From Streblomastix strix (lineage: Eukaryota): DNA of 49,373 nt. Numbering within the stretch: the stretch's first letter is position 1; each line of letters begins with the position of its first letter. The stretch covers positions 1 to 49,373 of the forward strand of contig SNRW01000009.1 in assembly GCA_008636045.1 (NCBI GenBank), read 5' to 3'. Below the pieces are notes generated by a model. The model searched no databases and was not told the DNA's origin. It saw only the letters and a list, made by a program, of their open reading frames with translations. Both the position numbers and the translations under genes were made by a program. Positions 39,534 through 49,373 of this stretch are shown here, piece after piece.

Positions 39534-39883
39534 TACTGATCTTTTTCATTATTATAAATCAATTTTAATTTGTCATACTATTTATTTATTTGTTTAAATA
39601 AAAAGTAAATTATTTTTCTTTTATAAAAATAAAATTTCTCAATTTTCGATATTTCCAAATCTGAGATTTTTTATTATATTTTTTATTTATAGATTTTCTA
39701 TTGCATTTATTTTTGTTGATACTTTAAACACTTTATACTATAATCATATGAATACAGACACTCCATCAATAGGATAGAAAATAGTATATTCCCACCATTC
39801 ATTGTGATATTTTTATATTTTTTGTATTATTTTGAAACCGATTTTTATCCATGAATTTCTATTTAATTTAAAATTTATTTAAA

Positions 39884-41101
39884 ATGAAGCTTTCTGAGAT
39901 TGTATTCTATCGTACATACTCATAGACACTAGAATCTGGACGGAAGGAGACCTTTGATGAGACAATTGACCGCGTGGAAAATATGCATATCTAAAAGTTT
40001 CTTGCCCATGCGTTTGATATCCATTAGATCATGAATATGGTTAGATGTAAGAAAATTGTACCATCTATGAGATCTATGCAATTTGCTGGCACACAAATAG
40101 CACGATCCAACTCTAGAATTTATAATTGCGGATTTATAAACATTGAGAACTTCAAAGACTTTGGTGATGTGCTGTTTATGTTATTTGAAGGTGTTGGTTG
40201 CGGAATAAGTGTCTAGAAACACACAATAGAAAAGCTTCCTGTAATCAAATTGGGATTTGAAGAGCAATCAATGATAATTAAAGATGAGAGAGAATCTTGG
40301 TCAAACAGCATTGTAAGACTTCTTGAGAATCCTTATTTAACATTTGATTACAGCAACATTCGTCCGAGAGGTTCATCATTGTCAATTGGAGGTACAGCAA
40401 GTGGACCAGAATAATTGCAATCATTGCATGAATAAATGCGATCTGCATTGAAGAAAGCTATAGGAAGGAAGCTACGTCCAATTGAGGTGCATGATATGAT
40501 TTGTCAAATAAATGATGTTGTATTTATTTAATAGTTAAGAAAGAGCGCAATGATTTCACTATTTGATTGTGATGATGAAGAGATGTTGGAATGTAAAAGT
40601 GGATGGGAATGGTTCAAAACATCTCCTTGGAGAGCAAGATCAAACAATTCTGCTGTTCTTGTTCGTTCATCTCCAACATTCAAAAGTGATATGGAACGAG
40701 TAGTTCGCAATTGTTTTCAGAATGGAACTGGAGAACCTGGAATTTTCTTAACAAATGATGCAGATTATGGAACAAATCCATGTGCAGAAATATCATTGAA
40801 GAGCAAATAACTATGCAATCTAACTGAAGTTAATATGCTAGCTTGTAACACGAAAGATGATTTCATTCGAGCAATTCGTTCTGCAGCAGCTCTTGGAACT
40901 ATTCAAGCGACATATACTGATTTCAAATATGTATCCGATGAATGGAAGAAGAATTGTGAAGAAGATGCACTATTGGGTGTATCTCTAACTGGAATTGCTT
41001 AAAATGGGATTTGCTTCATGATGATGAAGATGAGACGATACCATAGCCTTGTGAGGTACAGGTAATTGGCTTCAATTCTTCAAAGTTTGATGTTGCTTTG
41101 A
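39884..41101 (+). pseudogene. nrdJ: Class II (adenosylcobalamin-dependent, monomeric/phage-type) ribonucleotide reductase, C-terminally truncated at ~41010
   Basis: Intronless ORF with TAR=Q: FYRTYS...KETFDETIDRV, PSMRSMQFAG, RIYNC, FDYSNIRPRG..GGTASGP, RARSNNS, GEPG, GTNPCAEI, CNLTE and LLGVSLTG. Homology stops where the PolB sequence begins. Confidence 0.88.
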
Positions 41102-43556
41102 TTCTTAAAAATTTATAAAGCGATGAGTGGCAAATAATTAAATATCTTGGTAACTCTTCAAATATTAAATAAATCATTGTTAAACATAATATAACAGGAA
41201 TCAAATTGCAATTCATTGATACGAAGATTTATTGTAGGAAAATGAAATTAAAATAATTCATAAAAGGCTTCGCACCAAAAGCAGCGTCAGAAATTCCAAC
41301 TAAATTAAAATTTCCATATGAATTCATCAATTACGATAATTATTATGAAATAATGAATAATTCTGAGCAATTTCCTGTTTAAGCGTTTAGAAATACAATT
41401 AATAATAAAAATATAAGTGAAGAGAAATATTAAAATTATTTAGCAACAACAAATAACCATTCTAGGCGGGATTACTTTCGACACTATAACCTTGATGATA
41501 CTCGCTTAATGGTTCAGCTATTGGATTATTTAATTGATATTTTCTTCAATTACAAAATTGATATGTTGTAGTTTATGTCGATGTTTGCATGCGCCAATGC
41601 TATCAAATATGCTCTTACTTATAGAGACTTCAAATTTGATTAAGATTATACTCCAAAAGATGATTATGCATCATTCATACTTACATAAAATTATTGGAAC
41701 ATTAAAATTTGAAATTATCTGGAATAATATAAAAAAAAGAAACAGAGACACAAGCAACAACATCAAAGAATCCGATTGTGCGTTCTACGGAAAATTAGTT
41801 CTATCGACAGGATGCCATATCTGTAAAGGCACTACTCAAAAGCGAAATTCCGCCAACATTAGATAGAATTAGCAACGACAGGGCTCACTCAGCGGATAAC
41901 GTTAAACCGTGCTGCTTATTCTGTAATAAATTTAAGTCAAATATAGATGAAAATTTAACAAGATTAATAATACAATTAAAGAATTTTTGTCAGTTGAAAT
42001 CGCTTCTAATGACGATAACCGATGAAGAAATTTATAAAATTTTACGTTCTGATATAACTGGTGGATTATCGTAAGTCTTGAATAGATATAATATTGCAGG
42101 TGAAACTAAAATAAATTAATTAAAATTTGTTGTTTGAAATGTCATCAATTTGGACTCTAACTACATAATGACTTATCTTTTAACACTAGATTTCAACTGT
42201 AAATATCCCAACGTTATGAGCTCAGAGCTGCATAAGATCATCAAATTTACTGGAAATAAATTATACATGGCGAGATAAATATTAGATAAAATTACTGATA
42301 AATAAACAGCAAGAAATTAAATTTAAAATCCCCTGCGATTTAATGACGTTGATGGAAAGCCGTTATTTATCGCTGTTGTTAAAGGACACATCGACGAATA
42401 ATATATAAATAATTTCATTAATTTTCTTCCGATACTGAGAAATATCGATATAATGACTGATGAAAAAACATAAAGTTCATTCGTGTATAATCTACTACTG
42501 AAATTTAACATGTAGCACGATAAAATTGAATGATAATTAACAAATTTATCATCAACTCATGGGTAATTCATGTCGTCCAATAATTATTATTTATGGCTTT
42601 TCATCGTTGATTTTCATTTCATTATTGACGATATTTAATATGTTATAACATTCACGAAGCATGTCAGATTCAATCCATTCGTTAAGGAATTCATGAGTCA
42701 AAGAAATTAAGCAATAAATGAAAAAAAATGGAAAATAATTATTTTATAAATTAACTATGAACTCAAGCTATGGAAGCAATGGAATTAATTAAGAAAATTT
42801 TCGCAAACGAAATTATTGAGCTCTAATAAGATGTAGTTGTCTCATCTCTAAGGTTCATTCATTAATGATTAATAATTAATACATGATTTATTTGCTGTGT
42901 AATTTAATGCTGAGAGCTGCAACTGCAACACTTGCCTCCATTCTGCTTATTTCGTGTTAGATAATAGCAAATATAAGTACGTTAATTTTATCTATAATTT
43001 TATGGCCAAATCTTTCGATAAGAACAAGATGCCCAATATATGTGGCGATACTGATTCGCTGATATGAGCCATCAGCGGCAACCCAGAAGCAGAAGAAGGA
43101 TATAGACAGAAATTTAAATACGTAATCAAAACCCAGAAATTTTTCAATAAAAATTATTCATTATTCTTCGATTAATATAAACAATTATTGGGGGTCAGTT
43201 ATGAGACAGAAGGAACTGCTTGCATTGCTCTAGCTCCAAAAATTTATTACATTTATAATTCATTGCCTAATGAAAATGAAAAAGATTATAATTATTGTTT
43301 GAAAGGAATAATATAAAAATAAAATGTTAAATTAAACGATGAAGCATTTAAATGATCACCAAATGGTGAATAAATTTATGCTCAAAATATTATACTTGGT
43401 TAAAGAAATAAATAAATGTCAAAAATTTAAATTAATAAAGTAGGTTTAATATCATTTCATAATAAAAAGATTGTTCTTGAAAATCAATATTGTGCTCCAT
43501 TCTTGAATATTAACGGTTAGCAATTGAGTTCAGATAATTATGTATTCGAGCATTGA
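41020..43556 (+). pseudogene. Protein-primed family B DNA polymerase, 5'-truncated, with frameshifts and stops
   Basis: ExoII GFNSSKFD, FIDT, KLKFPYEF, ExoIII HYNLDD, ITGGLS, motif A LDFNCKYP, motif B KLTMNSSYG, motif C GDTDS and LAPKIYY; TGA at 43554-43556. Confidence 0.9.
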
Positions 43557-43735
43557 TAAAAAGCGTTATTTTGACTCAAGAAATTTATGTGGATAGTGAA
43601 TAACTTTTGACTGCATCGAGTGCATCGAGTCAGAAATTTTCATCAAAAACTGATGCCAGCCTGCCATTCTGCCAGATTGTTAATTGACTTCATCGGTGAA
43701 TTGAACATAAATTGTTTTATTTTTGTAAGAAATAA

Positions 43736-43966
43736 ATGTAAAACGAAAATAAATTATATGAGGATATACTTCTGACTTTTGCAGATGATTAATATCAAAA
43801 AAAAGAATATGAGTTTGAAGTATAATGAGATATCGATGATAAAGCATATAAGGTTCATTATAAAATGAGTCTATCAGAGTTCATAAAAAATATCTTTAAA
43901 ATTGTTTAGAAAAAATATGTCGATGTTATAGCAGAGAAAGCAGATGAAATAATTATTGGAAAGTGA
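43736..43966 (+). pseudogene. Small (~76 aa) hypothetical element protein with one internal TGA
   Basis: MQNENKLYEDILLTFADD...KADEIIIGK-TGA, ending 3 nt before the integrase ATG. Confidence 0.45.
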
Positions 43967-43969
43967 ACA

Positions 43970-45161
43970 ATGGCAGATTGGTATTACTATTATATTTCAG
44001 TTTAATTACAATATGAATCATCAAAATAAAAAAAATTAACAAAAAAATAAACAAATGGAAAAAGAGGCATAATAAGCTGTTTAGACATCCAATCAACCAT
44101 CCACTCAGTAATTCACTTAATCATCCGCACCCGCTTATGGAGGCGACGATGAAAATATGCCAGATTTTCCTTTTAGAACAAAATTAAAATTGTTTGAAAA
44201 AATAAATATACATAAATATGCTAATAATCAATATTTGCCAGTGAAAGATTATAAATTAAAACCATTATAAAGACTACAACGACCTTATTTCTCTCCAAAG
44301 TTAGGGAGTTGAGAAATAGATATGGTCTTTTCAGTCGATTAAGATTTGTAGGAAAATAATGATGAATATGATGATGCTATCTTTGAATAAGACGAAATAT
44401 AGAATATAAGAGAAAAAAGAAGAAAAACAAATATGTATTTATTTTGCATAAACATTAATACGAAATTTTTAGTGGTATATCCTTTGATTGATAAATCAGC
44501 CGCATAAGTAGTCGGATAATTGTAAAATTAATTAAAAACTATTACGTAAATAATATTCGTGGAGATGATGAGAAAGGATTTAATAGCTCGTATTTTGCTT
44601 TGTTTTGTTCGAAGAATAAAATTAATTTTTATTTCACTGATTCAAATTTCACTAATCATAATTCAGTAGTCGATTCTGTTATTCGTACAATAAGATACGC
44701 GTTTGGTTATAAATTTAATTAATTTTCAATAAATCAATAAATGTAAATAGTTGTTGACATATACAATATTGCATCATATCTTGCGTTTCAAAATAAATAT
44801 AGCCCACATTAAGTTCAATTATCAAGAGATTTAGAAAGATAATATATACGTTCATAAATGAAGAAATTAGAGCGACAATTAGCAAGATAATAATAATAGG
44901 GCATATTATCATTTATGGCAGGAAATATAATATTACTACATCTTGGTTTCTAAAAAACATAATAAAATTTATGAAATAAAGAAAAAATTTCAATTAATTA
45001 GCAGAGTTCATTAGATAGGTAAATGGTAATGTTTTATGCAGATTATTGAATCAATAATATAAAATAAATATAATAAAAATACATACATATTATTGTAAAT
45101 ATGTAAGTGAAAATAAAGAATCTATACCAGAATATTATCTACTAGAGTTTTTTATAAATGA
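43970..45161 (+). pseudogene. Retroviral-like (rve) integrase of Polinton type, disrupted
   Basis: RPYFSPKLGS*EIDMVF (first Asp), YLFCININTKFLVVYPL, IRGDDEKGF (second Asp), NHNSVVDSVIRTIR and DIYN; contains frameshifts and TGA stops. Confidence 0.8.
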
Positions 45162-45209
45162 AATAATAAAAATTTATCTATATATTTTTTAATTTTTATC
45201 GAATAATAA

Positions 45210-45556
45210 ATGACAGCAATTGAGACAATAAACGAGACAATCAACGAGACAATAAACGAATCAGCACAAACTGAACCATTTAATTCAACTAAACAAGGAT
45301 GTCCAAAGAAATATATTGATAAAGAATAAGTAACGATTGCTGCTAGAGAGCAACGCAAAAATGAAAGAATTGGATTCAAATAAAATTAAACAAATTATGT
45401 TTCAAAAGTCAATGATATGCAGCTATTGATAATCAATCAACATAAATAAAATAATTGTGAATATTAATGATTTGATAACAATAAATGAATTGATTAAAAA
45501 TTATGATAATAAAAAAAGCCATTAACGAAGATGCTAATGATTCAATCAACATTTGA
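45210..45556 (+). pseudogene. Small AT-hook-like element protein, copy 2
   Basis: MTAIETINETINETINESAQTEPFNSTKQGCPKKYIDKEQVTIAAREQRK; paralogue of 150-496. Confidence 0.6.
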
Positions 45557-45854
45557 ACAATGTTTAATTTTATTAATGTTTTCTCACTTCTGGCAGAATG
45601 GTAGGCTGGTAGCAGTTTTTAATGAAAGTTTTTGATTAGATGCACTCAATGTACTCGGTGCAGTCAAAAGTTATTCATTAACGATTCCATTTTCTGGCTC
45701 CTATTCAATGTTTTTCGTTAACGTTTTATGACATGATGCACTCGGTGCAGTCAAACATTCAACGCTTTTCATTATGGTTTTTCATCAATATATTTTAGTT
45801 TCCATCAACCAATTCAATCAACCCATATCATTAATCTCTTTATGTGGCTCTGCG

Positions 45855-46136
45855 AGTAGTTATGTGAAAAACGAGAGAGCCATACATTTCAAGAATATCA
45901 TTCAAAAACGTATATCACTAATCTACTTCTATTTCCATATCCATTAATTACTATCAAACATGTTCTTTCAATAATCTAGTTCAAAGTATTTATTTTCTTT
46001 TACATTATTTATTACTATTATTTATTATAATTATTTATTATAATTATTTATTATAATTATTTATTATTATTATTTTATTTTCATTATTTTATTTTATTCT
46101 TCAATGTGGAACACTCTCCTTTTTCACATAGCTACT
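45855..46136. repeat. 25-bp imperfect inverted repeat (45855-45879 / 46112-46136) with AGTAG...CTACT ends
   Basis: agtagttatgtgaaaaacgagagag versus the reverse complement agtagctatgtgaaaaaggagagtg (22/25 identical). Confidence 0.85.
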
Positions 46137-46616
46137 AAACCTTTTGGAAATATTTTAATTATAAACAATGCTAACCATTTTCAAATGATTTGGGGTAATA
46201 AAATTGTGATTTCTTCCTACATATTACTTGTTGTACAAATTATTGACTTTTCATGAACATTGACTGTTTTCTTATGAAATGCTAACGAAAATCAAATATA
46301 AGAAGAATCACTATAAAGCATACATGTAGATCGGCATATGTCGGTTTAATATAATGCTCCATTTGCAGAGTAAAGTGTTTAAAGCTAAATAAATGACGTG
46401 CCTGACTGGAGGCAAACATTGATTTGATAGTTGCCGCATACGCCAGATGAGATTTGATTTTTCATCAATTTGACAAATATAATTATAACGAACAAATTTA
46501 TTCAAGCAAGTTTGGATTTTAATTATTTGAATCTTTCAAAAATAAATGCAATTAGAGATAAAAATTTTAACTGTTAAATTCTTCTTAGCTTATTTCATCT
46601 TTGAAAATCTGTTCTA

Positions 46617-49373
46617 ATGAAATGAAATGGTATAGATAGAATATCAAAGATATGTAAATCTTAATGAAATGTATTAGCCAGATCGCTCAAAATGTGTTTA
46701 GCCCTAAATGACAGTAGTTGGACTATAAGAGTAGTTAAATTACTCCAAAGGGCACGAGTAACAATTCAATTAGCGAGATGATTCGAAGGATGTAATGGAG
46801 CAAGGAACAAACGATCTTTTTGCATAAAATCCAGGTGACGCGAGGCATGATTGGCTGAAGCCGTTTACGAACAATAGACTGACGCCAATGGAAGAGTCGA
46901 GGACGCTGGAGATACTAGAGCTGGGATAGGCAGTGTTTGAAGGATAGTACTGGCGGAAACTTAAAGATTAGGACCAAACTAGTGAACATGCGTAGCTAGA
47001 GGTGCGACATGACATCAAACGAAGGGAGACGATGATACTGTTGTTATTGCATGAAGATACGCAAGTTCCCGAGCAAGTCTGAGCATATGATTCATAAAGA
47101 AAACGAGAAACACAAATCTTTATTGTTTAAGAACTAAATATGATTCAATCTGCTATTATATAACTTTTCGGTAAGGATATGGATTGAGTATCTAATTCAC
47201 TATTATCAGCTCACCATGTTTGTCGAATCGTGATTGTGGACGCTTAGAAGCGCAGGGATATGATCGCGGAGAATGATGAAGCAAGAAAGGTTTTTGAGAC
47301 TGGAGGTGGAGTCACGTCATTTCTGAGAAGCGAAACTAAAAGCGTTATTAACGAAGTAATGAAGAACTCGAAACTTGCCCAATATTCATCAAAACGGTCA
47401 TATATCGATTAGTAGGCATTTTCTAATGCTAAATCATTGCTGAAATAATAACATTATTAGTTCTAGAGTCAAAGTGGAGGGTCCAATCGAAAAAAACTGT
47501 TCATTTCTAATAATTATGGAAGATTCAACCTATATATGTAACCAAATTGGACTGTTCAGCAAGGTTTTCCAAGTTTTTCGTACAACAGCAACGGAATTTA
47601 TCAAAGAATAATACTTGGCTAAGGATTTCCTTACAATTAAAGTGCAGCAATGCAATTTCTGCAAAACGGATGGAATGATGATCAACAAAACTAAAAGCGT
47701 GGGTGAAATGGCTACTTCTGAATATAAAGTCCTGCATAATCAAAATTCGAACTCAAGTAAAAGGCCTTAAAACATAAGAACCAGTGAACTGAGAGCGCGG
47801 GCGCAGATGAGAGTTTATAGGGCTAGACTAATATTGGTGAAAATTCTATGTCAAATTGAGAAAATAATGTTGAAAACAAAGAAGATTAATGACTAAAACC
47901 ACCAAGATACAAGAAGTGGCATTGGTCAAAGTGGATATTTCGAAGTCGGTAAACTAGGATCCATTACCAGATATACTGTTAAATAGAATAGAAAATTGAG
48001 CTGACATTTGACTCAATATATAGATTCTAATGGGAGCAGAAACTTCATGGATCGATTAGTTGAGTCCGATACGTTTGCAAAATAAGCATGGCAGGAGAGG
48101 GAGAACGGGATAAATGTAGCGAAAATACAAATTTAAGGAAAAATTTGACGAGGAACTGAAATAGGGTGTTGTGAGAGAAGCGTAGGAATAGGAGATTTTA
48201 TACTTCAATCCAACATATACGGTCCCTAAAGCAGGGTGGGGGTAAATGGAGGAAAGTTTTAGACTGTAACAAACTAAACTACGTAACATAACCAATTCAT
48301 TTCATTATGGAGAACGTAAATACGATAAAGGAGTCGATATGATAAGGAGATTATGCGAAATAACTCGACTTTAAGAAAGCCTATCACCATACCAATGTAT
48401 ATATAAAGTTACAGAAATATTTTGGGTTCCGTATCAAATGCAAAACGTTTATATACGTGGGGCAACAATTCGGATGAAACGGATCCCCGATGGTTTTTTG
48501 TATGATTATAAAGCAAGCAGTCGGAGCAATTAGAGAACAATTGGACATAAGAGTAATTCAATATATCATCTATTTACTTTTTCTTTGCTAAGATAAGAAA
48601 AAGTTGGAGTCTGATTCTGTTCAAATAATCGCCTTTTTGAAGAAACTCGGTTGGAAGATGTAGAATCAAAAACATAAAATTGCACCTTTGTTAATTTTCT
48701 AATTCTTTGGGTGAGATTTCAATACAATTAGAAAGGAGATAGATGCACCAGCAACAAAAATTAGACCCCTAAAATTGCAAGTTATGAAATTAATAATGCT
48801 CGTTTAAAGCAAAAATATATTTAAAATCAGAAACATTGCATCCTTAATGGGTGAATTAAATTTTCTGGGAATATAGATAGTGGATGCTTCTCTTCATATG
48901 ATGCAAATAAATAATGTAAAGGCGAAAGCCATAGTAAGGGAGGGCTGGAATGGTAATTGCAGAATGAGTAAGCGGACTTTAGGAAAACTAAGTTGATGGG
49001 AACAAGTGATCAAGAAGAATAATACAAGATGTTTCCAAATGAAAGAGGTAAGGTAGATCCTGGCAGTGCCTTCATCAAAATATAATTGGTGCGCAATTCT
49101 GGAAGAGATTAAGATGATGAATGAGCCGGAACTACGAACAATGGAGTGAGGAGCAAATTAGAAGTCGAATTAAGAAGATTAGAAGGAATTAGCTGTAATA
49201 TTGATGGCATTACGCAGTTTGAACGAGGTTCTGAACCGTAAAGGCGTTTGAAAGTAGGGACAGACAGATCAGCTGCAGAATATTGTCTGAGAACATGGAA
49301 GTCTAAGAAGGAAGTGTAATATATTGCTCGAAAGAATAATAGTCTCATAGTGGAGAATTGTCTATGTATATAT
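46617..49373 (+). mobile_element. Degenerate DIRS/Ngaro-like retrotransposon: putative ORF1 followed by RT/RNase H, running off the window
   Basis: FNPTYTVPK, KWRKVLDCNKLN, HFIME, LDFKKAYHH, FG*NGSP, YIIY in place of YxDD, LKKLGW, GELNFL and LS*W. Multiple TGA stops. The left boundary is approximate and no tyrosine recombinase is visible in the window. Confidence 0.75.

Larger units (their letters stand above)
43597..45676. repeat. ~80-bp imperfect inverted repeat pair (43597-43676 / 45589-45676) containing GATGCACTCG decamers
   Basis: The reverse complement of 43597-43676 (tctggcagaatggcaggctggcatcagtttttgatgaaaatttctgactcgatgcactcgatgcagtcaaaagttattca) aligns to 45589-45676, which carries one extra decamer. 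Confidence 0.88.
39884..46136 (+). mobile_element. Decayed Polinton/Maverick-like (pPolB + integrase) element, copy 2; left boundary not identified
   Basis: pPolB, retroviral-like integrase and small ORFs lie on one strand without introns; it ends in ...GCTACT at 46136 and its right part matches 1-1087. Inclusion of nrdJ is inferred. Confidence 0.75.

Noticed and set aside
39534..39883. Left terminal repeat or TSD for element copy 2
   Set aside because: No AGTAG-type terminus or match to the right-end repeat was found between POP4 and nrdJ.
39884..41010. nrdJ as bacterial or phage contamination
   Set aside because: The frame is open only with TAA/TAG read as Gln at conserved positions, matching the host code.

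Overview
AT-rich eukaryotic nuclear DNA with short GT-AG introns, in which TAA/TAG encode Gln. The standard-code ORF track therefore shows only fragments. The code and intron density fit an oxymonad such as Streblomastix, but this is inference. The central 1.3-39.5 kb holds host genes: tRNA-Thr(TGT), a NEK kinase, a KCS/FAE1-like protein lacking catalytic residues, a PRP40-like FF protein, a PDK1-like kinase, 5S rRNA, an LMBD1-like cobalamin exporter, a histidine phosphatase, a p24/TMED protein, a ~4,360-aa MAPK-phosphatase-like DUSP and Rpp29/POP4. Both ends carry copies of a decayed Polinton/Maverick-like element. The right copy (39.9-46.1 kb) contains an intronless phage-type class II (B12) ribonucleotide reductase joined to a 5'-truncated protein-primed DNA polymerase B with an internal HNH-like domain. 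It also has an integrase cassette bracketed by ~80-bp inverted repeats and an end segment bounded by ~26-bp inverted repeats. A dead DIRS-like retrotransposon follows. The most notable signals are single in-frame TGA codons inside three otherwise intact host genes, and NrdJ apparently carried by a Polinton-like element. All translations and alignments were done by eye.
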